The notes under the pieces: generated by a model | Told to the model about the DNA's origin: nothing | Seen by the model: only the letters and a program-made list of their open reading frames with translations | Database searches by the model: none | Shown here: piece after piece, positions 30,957 through 40,721 of the stretch | Numbering within the stretch: position 1 is the stretch's first letter | How the letters are laid out: each line of letters starts with the position of its first letter | Translations under genes and position numbers: made by a program | Source of the DNA: Acholeplasma sp. | GTDB taxonomy: Bacteria > Bacillota_I > Bacilli_A > Acholeplasmatales > UBA5453 | DNA length: 64,000 nucleotides | Direction of reading: 5' to 3' | Assembly (NCBI GenBank): GCA_036677365.1 | Contig: JAVBWN010000014.1 | Location: 96,001-160,000, forward strand

Positions 30957-30982
30957 TATAGAAAGTGAAAGAAGTGGATTAT

Positions 30983-32770
30983 ATGAAAACCGTCATTATT
31001 GTCGAATCCCCAGCCAAATCCAAAACCATCCAACATTATTTAGGCAAAGACTATATCGTTGAAGCCTCGGTTGGACACATCCGCGAATTGGCAAAAAATG
31101 GCCCTGGTGGCTTAGGTGTAGATGTCGAAAATAACTTTAAAGCGACCTACAAAGTCGATAAAAAACACGATCAAATCGTCAAAGACCTGATTAAGGTCAC
31201 CAAAAACAAAAAAGTATTGCTCGCAACCGACCCTGACCGCGAAGGTGAAGCCATCGCTTGGCACATCGCGGATGTATTGAACTTAGATTTGAATGACCAA
31301 AACCGAATTACCTTCAATGAGGTGACCAAACCAGCCATCTTAAAGGCGATTGAACACCCAAGACAAATCGATATGAATTTGGTGAAGTCTCAAGAAACCA
31401 GACGCATATTGGACCGCATCATCGGATTTAAATTGTCGCCACTGCTTCAAAAGAAAATCAAATCAGAATCGGCAGGTCGTGTTCAAAGTGTCGCTTTGAA
31501 GATGATTGTCGATTTGGAAAAAGAAATCGAAGCCTTCATCCCAGAAACGTACTACACCATCAAAGCCAGATTTTCTAAGTTTGAAGCCGATTATACTAAA
31601 AATAAAGACAAATCCTTAAAGACCCCTGAAGAGCTGAACCAAATCATTGAAAAGCTTCAAGGTCCTTTTGTCGTGACCAAAGTGAACCATCGTAAGCGAA
31701 GCCGTGCAGCACAACCGCCGTATACGACATCGACGTTCCAACAGGATGCGGTATCGAAACTCAATTATTCCCCTTCAAAAGCGATGGGTATTGCTCAGGA
31801 ACTTTATCAAGGGATTCTACTGAGTGGTGAAGAAGTTGGGTTGATTACTTATATGAGAACCGACTCTGTCCGCTTGAATGATGATTTCATTTTAGAAGCA
31901 CAAGCCATGATTGAAAAGCATTTTGGTCATGAGTATGTGGGTAAGATTAAAACCAAATCAAACACAAACATTCAAGACGCCCATGAAGCCATTCGTCCAA
32001 CCATACTCGCCTATACCCCTGAGTCTTTAAAAGGCGTATTATCCGATGATCAGTATAAAATATATGACCTCATCTATCGTCGTGCTGTCATGAGTTTGAT
32101 GGCAGATGCCTTATATGAAGAACAGTCCGTAGAAGTAGAAAATCAAGGTGAAGTCTTTGAATACGGTGGGTCTAAGTTGTTATTCCTAGGTTTCCATCGT
32201 GGTAACCCAGAATATAAGGAAAAACTTTCAACCCTCTTAGACATCGAAGTTGGTAAGACACTCGAAGCCAAAGAAATCACCCATGAAGAAAATCAAACCA
32301 AACCAAAATCTCGCTACACTGAGGCCAGTTTGATCAAAGATATGGAAGAATTTGGCATTGGTCGTCCATCCACGTACGCTGAAACCACGCGAACCCTCTT
32401 ATCACGCAAATACGTAGAAAAGAAACAAAAAGCTTTGGTACCGACCGATCAAGGTAAACTTACCATCGATGAACTCGATAAGTTCTTTAATCATATTATT
32501 AATACCAACTACACCAAGAAGATGGAATCGGTACTTGACGATATTTCCAACGGTGAGCATGAAAGTAGTGTCATCCTAGATGGGTTTTACCATAAGTTCA
32601 TCGCCTTGGTAAAACATGCCGATGAACACATGGAAAAACGTCAACCCACCCAAGTTGGACGCGATTGTCCACTGTGTGGCGCGCCATTGGTCATTCGAAA
32701 ATGGCGCAAAGGCGAATTCATTGGTTGTTCCAATTTTCCACGCTGCAAACATACTGAAAATCTTACATAA
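30983..32770 (+). CDS. topA: DNA topoisomerase I
   Basis: IVESPAK, ATDPDREGE, AGRVQS, ITYMRTDS, AHEAIRPT, one C-terminal Zn ribbon. Confidence 0.97.
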   Translation: MKTVIIVESPAKSKTIQHYLGKDYIVEASVGHIRELAKNGPGGLGVDVENNFKATYKVDKKHDQIVKDLIKVTKNKKVLLATDPDREGEAIAWHIADVLNLDLNDQNRITFNEVTKPAILKAIEHPRQIDMNLVKSQETRRILDRIIGFKLSPLLQKKIKSESAGRVQSVALKMIVDLEKEIEAFIPETYYTIKARFSKFEADYTKNKDKSLKTPEELNQIIEKLQGPFVVTKVNHRKRSRAAQPPYTTSTFQQDAVSKLNYSPSKAMGIAQELYQGILLSGEEVGLITYMRTDSVRLNDDFILEAQAMIEKHFGHEYVGKIKTKSNTNIQDAHEAIRPTILAYTPESLKGVLSDDQYKIYDLIYRRAVMSLMADALYEEQSVEVENQGEVFEYGGSKLLFLGFHRGNPEYKEKLSTLLDIEVGKTLEAKEITHEENQTKPKSRYTEASLIKDMEEFGIGRPSTYAETTRTLLSRKYVEKKQKALVPTDQGKLTIDELDKFFNHIINTNYTKKMESVLDDISNGEHESSVILDGFYHKFIALVKHADEHMEKRQPTQVGRDCPLCGAPLVIRKWRKGEFIGCSNFPRCKHTENLT

Positions 32771-32822
32771 TTCTTAAGTTTGTTGACTTTACAAATGGCA
32801 ATTTCCATGTTATGATGTTTTT

Positions 32823-32900
32823 GATAGCGCATAGCTAGGTGTGTACCCCGACACACCAATCCCCTGACCCCCCTCATTGAGTTGAGGGGGTTTTATTTTT
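32823..32900 (+). ncRNA. Candidate C-rich small RNA
   Basis: Own promoter (TTTACA-N17-TATGAT, TGn), GGTGTGT/ACACACC hairpin with ACCCCG loop, TCCCC linker, strong terminator; no ORF. Confidence 0.6.
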
Positions 32901-32968
32901 TTCGATTTGTTTGAATATTAAAAATAAAACGACTATAATTAAAATAGATATTCATAGGAGGTTTCACC

Positions 32969-33469
32969 ATGAAAACATTCAAACAAAAACCAATCACTGT
33001 CCTTGGACAACCCCTTCAAGTTGGCGATGTTGCTCCAGAATTCAATGTGGTCGACAATAAACTAGATCCTGCACATTTATCCGATTATAAAGCCAAAACG
33101 ATTGTTTTAAATGTCGTACCATCGCTGGATACCGGTGTGTGTTCTTTACAGACCAGAACCATTAACCAACGTTTGTCGAATTACAAAGATTTGCTCGTCA
33201 TCACATTATCCAATGATTTACCATTCGCACAACGCCGTTGGTGTGGGGCGGAGGGGTTAAATAACATCATTACGTTATCCGATTACCAACAATGTGACTT
33301 TGCTTGGAAGTATGGTGTCCTCATTGAAGAATTGAGATTACTCGCCCGTTCCGTATTCGTTTTAAATTCAAAACGCGAAGTGGTTTACGTTGAATATTTG
33401 GATGAAATGGCGAACCACCCGAATTATGACAAGCTATTTCAATTTTTAGATACCTATCAACCGCGATAA
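32969..33469 (+). CDS. tpx: Thiol peroxidase
   Basis: VPSLDTGVC, DLPFAQRRWCGAEG, LLARSVFV. Confidence 0.95.
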   Translation: MKTFKQKPITVLGQPLQVGDVAPEFNVVDNKLDPAHLSDYKAKTIVLNVVPSLDTGVCSLQTRTINQRLSNYKDLLVITLSNDLPFAQRRWCGAEGLNNIITLSDYQQCDFAWKYGVLIEELRLLARSVFVLNSKREVVYVEYLDEMANHPNYDKLFQFLDTYQPR

Positions 33470-33494
33470 TGGCTTGTAAAAAAGCCATTTTTTT
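33468..33494 (+). terminator. Terminator after tpx
   Basis: AATGGCTT...AAGCCATTTTTTT. Confidence 0.75.
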
Positions 33495-33553
33495 CACCTT
33501 TCTAAGCACGATGTTTTAGTTATATGTTATAATAACATCTAGGAGTTGAACCT

Positions 33554-34519
33554 ATGGGATTTTTTAAAAATTTATTCAAGAAAAACAACAAGAAAAATGA
33601 AAAATACGCGCTTGGTTTACACAAATCGAAAGAGATGTTGGGGAGCTTAAAGCGCTTGATAGAACAAAACCAAACGCTCGGTGAAGACTTCTTTATTGAA
33701 CTTGAAGATATCTTCATTCAAGCAGACTTAGGGGTCGATACGGTTTTGTATTTTATTGATACACTCAGAAAACAAATGAAACTCAAAAACATCACAGACC
33801 CAAAAGAAATCGAAGAGATGATTGTCGATGAGATGTTTAAAATATACTTACAGGATGAAGTTGTCATCGCCGATTTAGACTATGTCGAAGGTGCAACAAA
33901 CGTCTACTTGATTGTCGGCGTAAATGGCGTAGGAAAGACAACTTCCATCGGTAAACTGGCACATCAACTCAAGGGTGAAAAGAAGAAGGTATTGGTTGTT
34001 GCTGGCGATACTTTTAGGGCGGGCGCGATTGAACAATTGCGTGTATGGGCAGACCGTGCCAAAGTCGATTTTTTCGGTAAAGAACCCGGTTCAGACCCTT
34101 CATCGGTCATTTATGATGCCTTACAAAAAGCGAAAAAAGAAAAATATGATGTCGTCTTGTGTGACACCGCTGGCCGACTTCAAAATAAAGTCAATCTCAT
34201 GAACGAACTTGAAAAGATGCGCCGTGTGATTGAAAAGGAATTACCGAAGGGATTAAGAGAAACCCTCTTAGTCATTGACGCGACCACTGGTCAAAACGGT
34301 TTGAAACAAGCCGAAATATTTAAAGAGGTCACCAAAGTCACAGGCATCATCTTAACCAAAATGGATGGGTCTGCCAAAGGTGGTATTGTCTTAGCCATCC
34401 GTCATTTATATCACTTACCGATCAAATACATCGGTTTAGGTGAAAAGATGGATGACTTGGTATTGTTCGATATTGAAGCATATATTTATGGGTTATTCTC
34501 AGATTTCTTCGGAGATTGA
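33554..34519 (+). CDS. ftsY: SRP receptor FtsY
   Basis: GVNGVGKTT, DTFRAGA, DTAGR, TKMDGSAKGG. Confidence 0.97.
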   Translation: MGFFKNLFKKNNKKNEKYALGLHKSKEMLGSLKRLIEQNQTLGEDFFIELEDIFIQADLGVDTVLYFIDTLRKQMKLKNITDPKEIEEMIVDEMFKIYLQDEVVIADLDYVEGATNVYLIVGVNGVGKTTSIGKLAHQLKGEKKKVLVVAGDTFRAGAIEQLRVWADRAKVDFFGKEPGSDPSSVIYDALQKAKKEKYDVVLCDTAGRLQNKVNLMNELEKMRRVIEKELPKGLRETLLVIDATTGQNGLKQAEIFKEVTKVTGIILTKMDGSAKGGIVLAIRHLYHLPIKYIGLGEKMDDLVLFDIEAYIYGLFSDFFGD

Positions 34520-34839
34520 TTATGGACCAATTACAAAAAACAGAACGACTCAATCAATTGTTTGAACTTTATGGGGTCTTGTTAACGGATAAACAACAAG
34601 CGTATTTTGTTGCGTATTATCAAAATGACTTTTCTTTAGCTGAAATTGCTCAAGAGTTTAAAGTATCACGAAACGCGGTGTTTGATCAGCTTAACAACGC
34701 GATTGAACATTTAGAACATTACGAAGAAAAACTCAAATTATTGAATAAAAAGAATGAACGCATGGATTTGATCAAATTGTATGAAGAGACCAAAGACGTT
34801 CAATATTTAGAAAAACTCGCAGAAATGGATGATTTATAA
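34516..34839 (+). CDS. ylxM: YlxM family DNA-binding protein
   Basis: YGVLLTDKQ, SLAEIA...VSRNAV, YEEKL; between ftsY and ffh. Confidence 0.9.
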   Translation: MIMDQLQKTERLNQLFELYGVLLTDKQQAYFVAYYQNDFSLAEIAQEFKVSRNAVFDQLNNAIEHLEHYEEKLKLLNKKNERMDLIKLYEETKDVQYLEKLAEMDDL

Positions 34840-36242
34840 TGGCATTTGACAGTTTAAGTAGCCGTCTCCAGATGGCAATGCGCCGTATCACCGGCAAAGG
34901 AAAACTCAATGAAACCGACATCGATGAAATGATGCGTGAGGTCCGCTTATCGCTCTTAGAAGCGGACGTCAACCTAAAAGTCATTCGTCAATTCACGACC
35001 AATGTGAAGGAAAAAGCCTTAGGACAAAAAATCTTGTCGGGTTTAAATCCTGGTCAACAAGTCGTCAAAATTGTATTTGATGAACTCAAACGTGTGATGG
35101 GCGATGAAACCGTCGGCATCAGTTATAAAGCCAGTGGGTTAACCACAATTATGACGGTGGGTCTACAAGGGACAGGTAAAACCACGGCGATTGGTAAACT
35201 CGGGGCATTCATTCGCAAGACTGAAAAGAAAAAAGTCATGTTCATCGCAGCCGATATTTACCGACCAGCTGCGATTGACCAATTGATGACCCTTGGAAAA
35301 CAACTCGACATTTTTGTTTATCAAGAAGGGATTATTAAAGCCCAAACCATCGTTAAAAACGGGCTGAAATACGCCAAAGAAAACGATTATGATGTCGTAA
35401 TCATCGATACCGCTGGTCGCTTAAACATTGACCAAGAGATGATGCAAGAACTCATCGATGTTAAAGAAATCGCAAAACCAGATGAAATCCTATTAACCGT
35501 AGACGCGATGACCGGACAAGTAGCTGCATCCGTTGCCCAAAGTTTCCACGAGCAACTCAACACCACCGGTGCCATCATCACCAAACTCGATGGCGATACC
35601 CGTGGTGGTGCTGCCTTATCGATCCGTGAAATCTCACAAATCCCCATCAAATTCGCCTCAAACGGTGAAAAGATGGATGCGTTTGAAGTGTTCCACCCAG
35701 AACGTATGGCCAGCCGTATCCTCGGGATGGGCGATGTCCTCACCTTGATTGAAAGCGCCACCCAAAACATCGATGAAGATGAAGCCATGGGCATGATGGA
35801 AAAAATGCTTTCTGGCAATTATAACTATAACGATTTACTCAAACAATTTAAAATGATCAAACGCATGGGTTCGATTTCAAAAATCATGGGCTTCATGCCT
35901 GGGGTTTCAAAATACAAAGATGCGCTCAATAATGTGGATGACAAGCAGTTCGATAAGATGGCCGTCATCATCCATTCGATGACTGAAGCAGAACGTAAAA
36001 ACCCTAAACTGATTGAAGAATCTTCAAGACGTCGATCACGTATCGCCAATGGTGCAGGGGTCCAAGTCTCGGATGTCAACCGCTTAAGAGCGGCGCTAGA
36101 CCAACAAAAACAAATGGCGAAACAAATGTCTAAGATGTCTGAATCTGACATGAAATCCGCCCAAAAAGACCCATCAAAGTTGATGCCACAACCGAAGATG
36201 AAAAAAGGCAAAGGCAAAAATAAAGGCCAATTTAGATTCTAA
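34839..36242 (+). CDS. ffh: Signal recognition particle protein
   Basis: GLQGTGKTT, DTAGR, TKLDGD, FHPERMASRILGMGD, Met-rich M domain. Confidence 0.98.
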   Translation: MAFDSLSSRLQMAMRRITGKGKLNETDIDEMMREVRLSLLEADVNLKVIRQFTTNVKEKALGQKILSGLNPGQQVVKIVFDELKRVMGDETVGISYKASGLTTIMTVGLQGTGKTTAIGKLGAFIRKTEKKKVMFIAADIYRPAAIDQLMTLGKQLDIFVYQEGIIKAQTIVKNGLKYAKENDYDVVIIDTAGRLNIDQEMMQELIDVKEIAKPDEILLTVDAMTGQVAASVAQSFHEQLNTTGAIITKLDGDTRGGAALSIREISQIPIKFASNGEKMDAFEVFHPERMASRILGMGDVLTLIESATQNIDEDEAMGMMEKMLSGNYNYNDLLKQFKMIKRMGSISKIMGFMPGVSKYKDALNNVDDKQFDKMAVIIHSMTEAERKNPKLIEESSRRRSRIANGAGVQVSDVNRLRAALDQQKQMAKQMSKMSESDMKSAQKDPSKLMPQPKMKKGKGKNKGQFRF

Positions 36243-36342
36243 CTAATTTGGCTTTTTTTCTAAAGTGTCGTCAATTACCCACAAAACTGGTGGAAAAGTA
36301 TTCGAAACCTATATGTTAAAATACATATAAAGGAGACAAATT

Positions 36343-38967
36343 ATGCAGAAATTGATCCTGATTGATGGTAACTCACTATTCTTTAGAGCTTACTACGCGA
36401 CCGCTTATCTCGGTGGCGATTTAATGAAAAATAAACAAGGGGTATATACCAATGCCCTTTTTGGCTTTGTCAATATGGTGGATAAAATCCTCCAACAACC
36501 GTATAGTCATGTGTTGGTTGCGTTTGATACCAAAGAAAAAACAAAGCGTCACGAAGCCTTTGATGACTATAAAGCAGGCCGTCCACCGATGCCAGCAGAA
36601 ATGGCTCAACAAATCCCACTCATACATACCTACTTAAAACATTTAAATATCCCAGACCACAGTTTGGTTGGGTATGAAGCCGATGATATCATCGGTACCT
36701 TATCCAAAGAAGCGTGTAATCGTGGGTTTGAAGTCTCTATTTATTCCTCTGACCGTGACCTTTTACAACTCATCAGTGACAATGTAACCATTCATTTGCT
36801 CAAAAAAGGTGTGACAGACATTGAAGACTTAACCCCAAAAACATTCCTTGAAAAATACGGGATCAACCATACCCAAATGATTGATTTAAAAGCCCTCATG
36901 GGGGATCCATCAGACAATATCCCTGGTGTCCCTGGGGTGGGTGAAAAGACCGCAGTGAAGCTTTTACAAACTTACGGTACTTTAGAAGCAATATTGCAAA
37001 AAAAGGATGAAATCGCTGGTAAATTGGGTGAACGCATCCGCGAACACGAAGACAAAGCCGTCCTATCGAAAATGCTCGCCACCATCGATTTGGCCGTACC
37101 CCTCGATTTTAGTTTAGACGACATAAAGCGAAAAGACGTCGATTACGATGGTTTGGTCTCGTTTTATAATGAGATGGACTTACATGTATTCATCAAACGG
37201 TTGGATAAACCTGTTCAAAAGGTATCTAACTTTGATTATACAATCATTCAAGACCACGATGAATTTGTAGATATCTTAAAACCAAACATGGCCATCCATA
37301 TGGAATTGGCGGATTTTAATTACCATACTTCAGACATCCTTGGGTTTGGCTTATCCGATGGTTCAAAACATTACTTTATCCCTAAAGACATTGGGCTCGC
37401 ATCGATCGATTTCCAACTTTATTTAACCGACCCCAATATTCCCAAATTAACCTACGATCAAAAAGCATTTAGAACCGCATTGAAATGGTTGGGCTATGAC
37501 CTCCAAGGGGTCAAATTCGATTTATTATTATCGAGTTACCTCATCCATCAAAAGATTGCGAAAGATGACTTTAAAGTCATTTGTATGGCTTTTGAGTATG
37601 AAGATATCGAATACGATGAACTCATTTATGGCAAAGGTGCGAAAAAAGGCTTGCCAGCACTGGATGTCTATGCAGCGCACATCGCGAAAAAAGCGAAAGC
37701 CATTTTCCAACTTGAACCAATTTTGATTGAAAAACTCAAAGCGCTCGATTTGTTGGATTTATTCAATCAAATTGAAATGCCATTATCGACGGTTTTATCT
37801 GACATGGAATACAGTGGGATTGCAGTCGACCAAAATGAACTGAAAAATCAAAAGACCGCGTTAAAATCACGCATCGATGCGATTGAAAGTAACATTTATG
37901 CTTCGGTGGGTAAAACATTCAATATTGGTTCGCCAAAACAATTGGCAGAAATTCTATTTGTCGACTTGGGGTTAGACCCTTCAAAGAAAACAAAAACGAA
38001 AAACCTATCCACCAATGTCGATGTTTTGAATACGTTGATCGATAAACACCCGGTCATTCCGATGATCTTAGAATACAGACAATTGACCAAACTCTATTCA
38101 ACTTACATTGAAGGGATTGAACAAAGCATTTTTAAAGATGGCAAAGTCCATACCATTTTCGCTCAAGCACTCACTGCAACGGGGCGTTTATCCTCATTAG
38201 AACCGAACTTACAAAATATCCCCATAAGAACCGAAGAAGGCAGACAAATTCGAAAACTGTTCGTTCCTTCCAAACCCAACCATTATTTTGTTTCGGCCGA
38301 CTACTCTCAAATCGAACTCAGGGTGCTCGCAGATATGGCCAATGTCCAAGGGTTGATTGAGGCTTTTAATAACCATGAAGACATCCACACACGGACCGCG
38401 AAAGAAGTCTTCGGTACAGAAACAGTTACCGGAGAAGAACGTCGTAAAGCCAAAGCGGTCAACTTTGGAATCATCTATGGGATTGGGGCTTGGAGTTTAT
38501 CGGAAGATATCCACACCACACCAAGGGAAGCCCAAGCGTTCATCGACAAGTATTTAAGCATTTACCCAGAAATCAAAACCTACATGGAAACCACCGTGGA
38601 AAATGCCATTAAAAATGGCTATGTCACAACCATGATGAAACGTCGTCGTTACATCGGTGAACTTGAAAGCCCAATTTACGCGGTGCGTGAGTTTGGTAAA
38701 CGCACTTCTATGAACGCACCGATTCAAGGGTCTGCCGCGGACATCATCAAAAAAGCAATGATCGATTTGCATGCATATATTTATAAAAACAAGAAAAAAT
38801 CGCGCATCCTCCTGCAGGTCCATGACGAACTCGTATTAGAAGTCCCTGAGTCTGAACTGTCTGAGATGCAAAGTGTTGTTCCAACCATCATGTCTAAAGC
38901 GGTTAAACTCAAAGTCCAATTGGAATCCTCCTGTGATACCGGTAAAAACTGGTATGAGTTGAAATAA
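36343..38967 (+). CDS. polA: DNA polymerase I
   Basis: LIDGNS, GDPSDNIPGV, DYSQIELR, KAVNFGIIYG, LQVHDEL. Confidence 0.99.
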   Translation: MQKLILIDGNSLFFRAYYATAYLGGDLMKNKQGVYTNALFGFVNMVDKILQQPYSHVLVAFDTKEKTKRHEAFDDYKAGRPPMPAEMAQQIPLIHTYLKHLNIPDHSLVGYEADDIIGTLSKEACNRGFEVSIYSSDRDLLQLISDNVTIHLLKKGVTDIEDLTPKTFLEKYGINHTQMIDLKALMGDPSDNIPGVPGVGEKTAVKLLQTYGTLEAILQKKDEIAGKLGERIREHEDKAVLSKMLATIDLAVPLDFSLDDIKRKDVDYDGLVSFYNEMDLHVFIKRLDKPVQKVSNFDYTIIQDHDEFVDILKPNMAIHMELADFNYHTSDILGFGLSDGSKHYFIPKDIGLASIDFQLYLTDPNIPKLTYDQKAFRTALKWLGYDLQGVKFDLLLSSYLIHQKIAKDDFKVICMAFEYEDIEYDELIYGKGAKKGLPALDVYAAHIAKKAKAIFQLEPILIEKLKALDLLDLFNQIEMPLSTVLSDMEYSGIAVDQNELKNQKTALKSRIDAIESNIYASVGKTFNIGSPKQLAEILFVDLGLDPSKKTKTKNLSTNVDVLNTLIDKHPVIPMILEYRQLTKLYSTYIEGIEQSIFKDGKVHTIFAQALTATGRLSSLEPNLQNIPIRTEEGRQIRKLFVPSKPNHYFVSADYSQIELRVLADMANVQGLIEAFNNHEDIHTRTAKEVFGTETVTGEERRKAKAVNFGIIYGIGAWSLSEDIHTTPREAQAFIDKYLSIYPEIKTYMETTVENAIKNGYVTTMMKRRRYIGELESPIYAVREFGKRTSMNAPIQGSAADIIKKAMIDLHAYIYKNKKKSRILLQVHDELVLEVPESELSEMQSVVPTIMSKAVKLKVQLESSCDTGKNWYELK

Positions 38968-38968
38968 C

Positions 38969-39775
38969 ATGCCAGAACTACCTGAAGTAGAGACCGTTAA
39001 AACGGTACTTAAAAGAAGAATCCAAGGGTTTACCATCCAAAAAGTCGATGTTTATTATGAAAAAATGATGGATATCGATACCCAACAAGCCTTGGTCGGT
39101 CAAACGATTTTAGACATCAAACGCTATGGTAAATACATTTGTTTTGTGTTATCGAACCACATACTCATCAGCCATTTAAGGATGGAAGGCCGCTATTTCT
39201 TTAAACATCATGACGAACCCGTTTTAAAGCATGAACACATCGTATTTCATTTATCCGATGGGTTATCCTTAAGGTATCACGATACGCGGAAATTTGGTAC
39301 GTTTGATCTGCGGGATAAAGATCGCTATTTATCCTTACCGCCATTGAGTCTCCTTTCCAAAGAGCCTTTCGATATCGATCCTAAGGCGTTCTATTTAACC
39401 CTTAAGTCCAAATCAAAGGCCATCAAAACCGCACTCTTAGACCAAACCATCATCGCAGGGATCGGCAACATTTACGCCGATGAGATTTTATTTGCTTGTA
39501 AAATAAACCCGTTAAGAAAAACCAATTTAATCACACAAAAAGAAGCGAAAGCCATCGTCGAAAATGGCGTATTGATTTTGAATCAAGCCATTTTGGCGGG
39601 TGGAACAACGATTCGAACCTATGTCTCAGAACTCGGTGTTTCAGGTCGTTTTCAACTCAAATTGATGGTCCATCAACGTGAAGGTGAGCCTTGTTATACC
39701 TGCGGGTCTAGCGTCGTTCGTGAAGTCATCAACGGCCGTTCGAGTTTTTATTGTAAAAAGTGTCAATCGAGGTGA
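38969..39775 (+). CDS. mutM: Formamidopyrimidine-DNA glycosylase
   Basis: MPELPEVE, HLRMEG, GIGNIYADE, C-terminal Zn finger. Confidence 0.97.
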   Translation: MPELPEVETVKTVLKRRIQGFTIQKVDVYYEKMMDIDTQQALVGQTILDIKRYGKYICFVLSNHILISHLRMEGRYFFKHHDEPVLKHEHIVFHLSDGLSLRYHDTRKFGTFDLRDKDRYLSLPPLSLLSKEPFDIDPKAFYLTLKSKSKAIKTALLDQTIIAGIGNIYADEILFACKINPLRKTNLITQKEAKAIVENGVLILNQAILAGGTTIRTYVSELGVSGRFQLKLMVHQREGEPCYTCGSSVVREVINGRSSFYCKKCQSR

Positions 39776-39780
39776 TTTTT

Positions 39781-40359
39781 ATGAAAGTCCTGGGAATCAC
39801 AGGGGGGATTGCTTCCGGCAAATCCTTGGTCAGCCAACAATTCAAACAAAGAGGATTCACGGTGCTAGACGCGGATGCGGTGGTCCATGAACTTTTTAAG
39901 GATGAAACTGTCCTTTCTGAAATAAAAACCCGATTTAAAGCGGTTTTTTCCAGTGAAGGCTTCGATCGAAAAGCATTGGCTGACATCATTTTTACTGACA
40001 AAGAAGCCAAACAAGATTTAGAACATATCCTACACCCAAAAGTCTATGCACAGTTAAAAGTGGACATTGAAAAACATTCAAATGAACCCTGGGTCGTGGT
40101 TGATATCCCATTATTGTATGAAACCGGTGGGCAGTCCATGTGTGACTTGGTGATGGTGGTCTATGTCAATGAAGAGACCCAACGCCAACGTTTGATGGCC
40201 AGAAATCAATTATCATTGGAAGCAGCGAACCAACGGATTGCTTCACAAATGCCCCTTAAAGATAAAGTCAACCAAGCCGACATTGTCATTGACAATTCCG
40301 GTTCAATTCAAAAAACGCTCGACCGCGTCAATGAAATCATCGATAAAGTATTGATTTAG
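39781..40359 (+). CDS. coaE: Dephospho-CoA kinase
   Basis: GITGGIASGKS, DAD, IPLLYE, RIASQM. Confidence 0.96.
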   Translation: MKVLGITGGIASGKSLVSQQFKQRGFTVLDADAVVHELFKDETVLSEIKTRFKAVFSSEGFDRKALADIIFTDKEAKQDLEHILHPKVYAQLKVDIEKHSNEPWVVVDIPLLYETGGQSMCDLVMVVYVNEETQRQRLMARNQLSLEAANQRIASQMPLKDKVNQADIVIDNSGSIQKTLDRVNEIIDKVLI

Positions 40360-40369
40360 GAGGAAATAT

Positions 40370-40705
40370 ATGCCAATTTATCGCACCACAGATTCAAACA
40401 AAGATGCCCGTCTTCAAACCCGCTGGTATCAAAACGATTACAAGGAATGCCAACAAGCGGTCCTTTCCATTTTAAAAGGGTTTGGCTACAGTTTAAAGCA
40501 CCAAGACGATACGTATGGTGAATTCATTTTTGAACGTAAAAATGAAACATTAGACGTCAAAGTGGTCAGTTTACAACGCCGTCAAACCGCCATCGACTTT
40601 GTATTAAACGCCGATGTCATGTTTGATTTTGGTCGTCGTAAAGCGGTCATCGCAGAAATTTATGCGAGACTACAAAAACTATTAAACGAGAAGAAGTTCA
40701 ACTAA
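40370..40705 (+). CDS. Hypothetical protein (possibly DUF1499-like)
   Basis: 111-aa ORF with AGGAGG RBS inside the coaE-dnaB operon; LQTRWY, DFG motifs. Confidence 0.7.
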   Translation: MPIYRTTDSNKDARLQTRWYQNDYKECQQAVLSILKGFGYSLKHQDDTYGEFIFERKNETLDVKVVSLQRRQTAIDFVLNADVMFDFGRRKAVIAEIYARLQKLLNEKKFN

Positions 40706-40721
40706 GAAAAATAGGTGTCAC

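Noticed and set aside
32823..32900. SRP RNA, tRNA or preQ1 identity for the small RNA near ftsY-ffh
   Set aside because: No SRP domain IV (CAGG..GNRA..AGCA), no cloverleaf or TTCGA arm, no preQ1 A-rich tail
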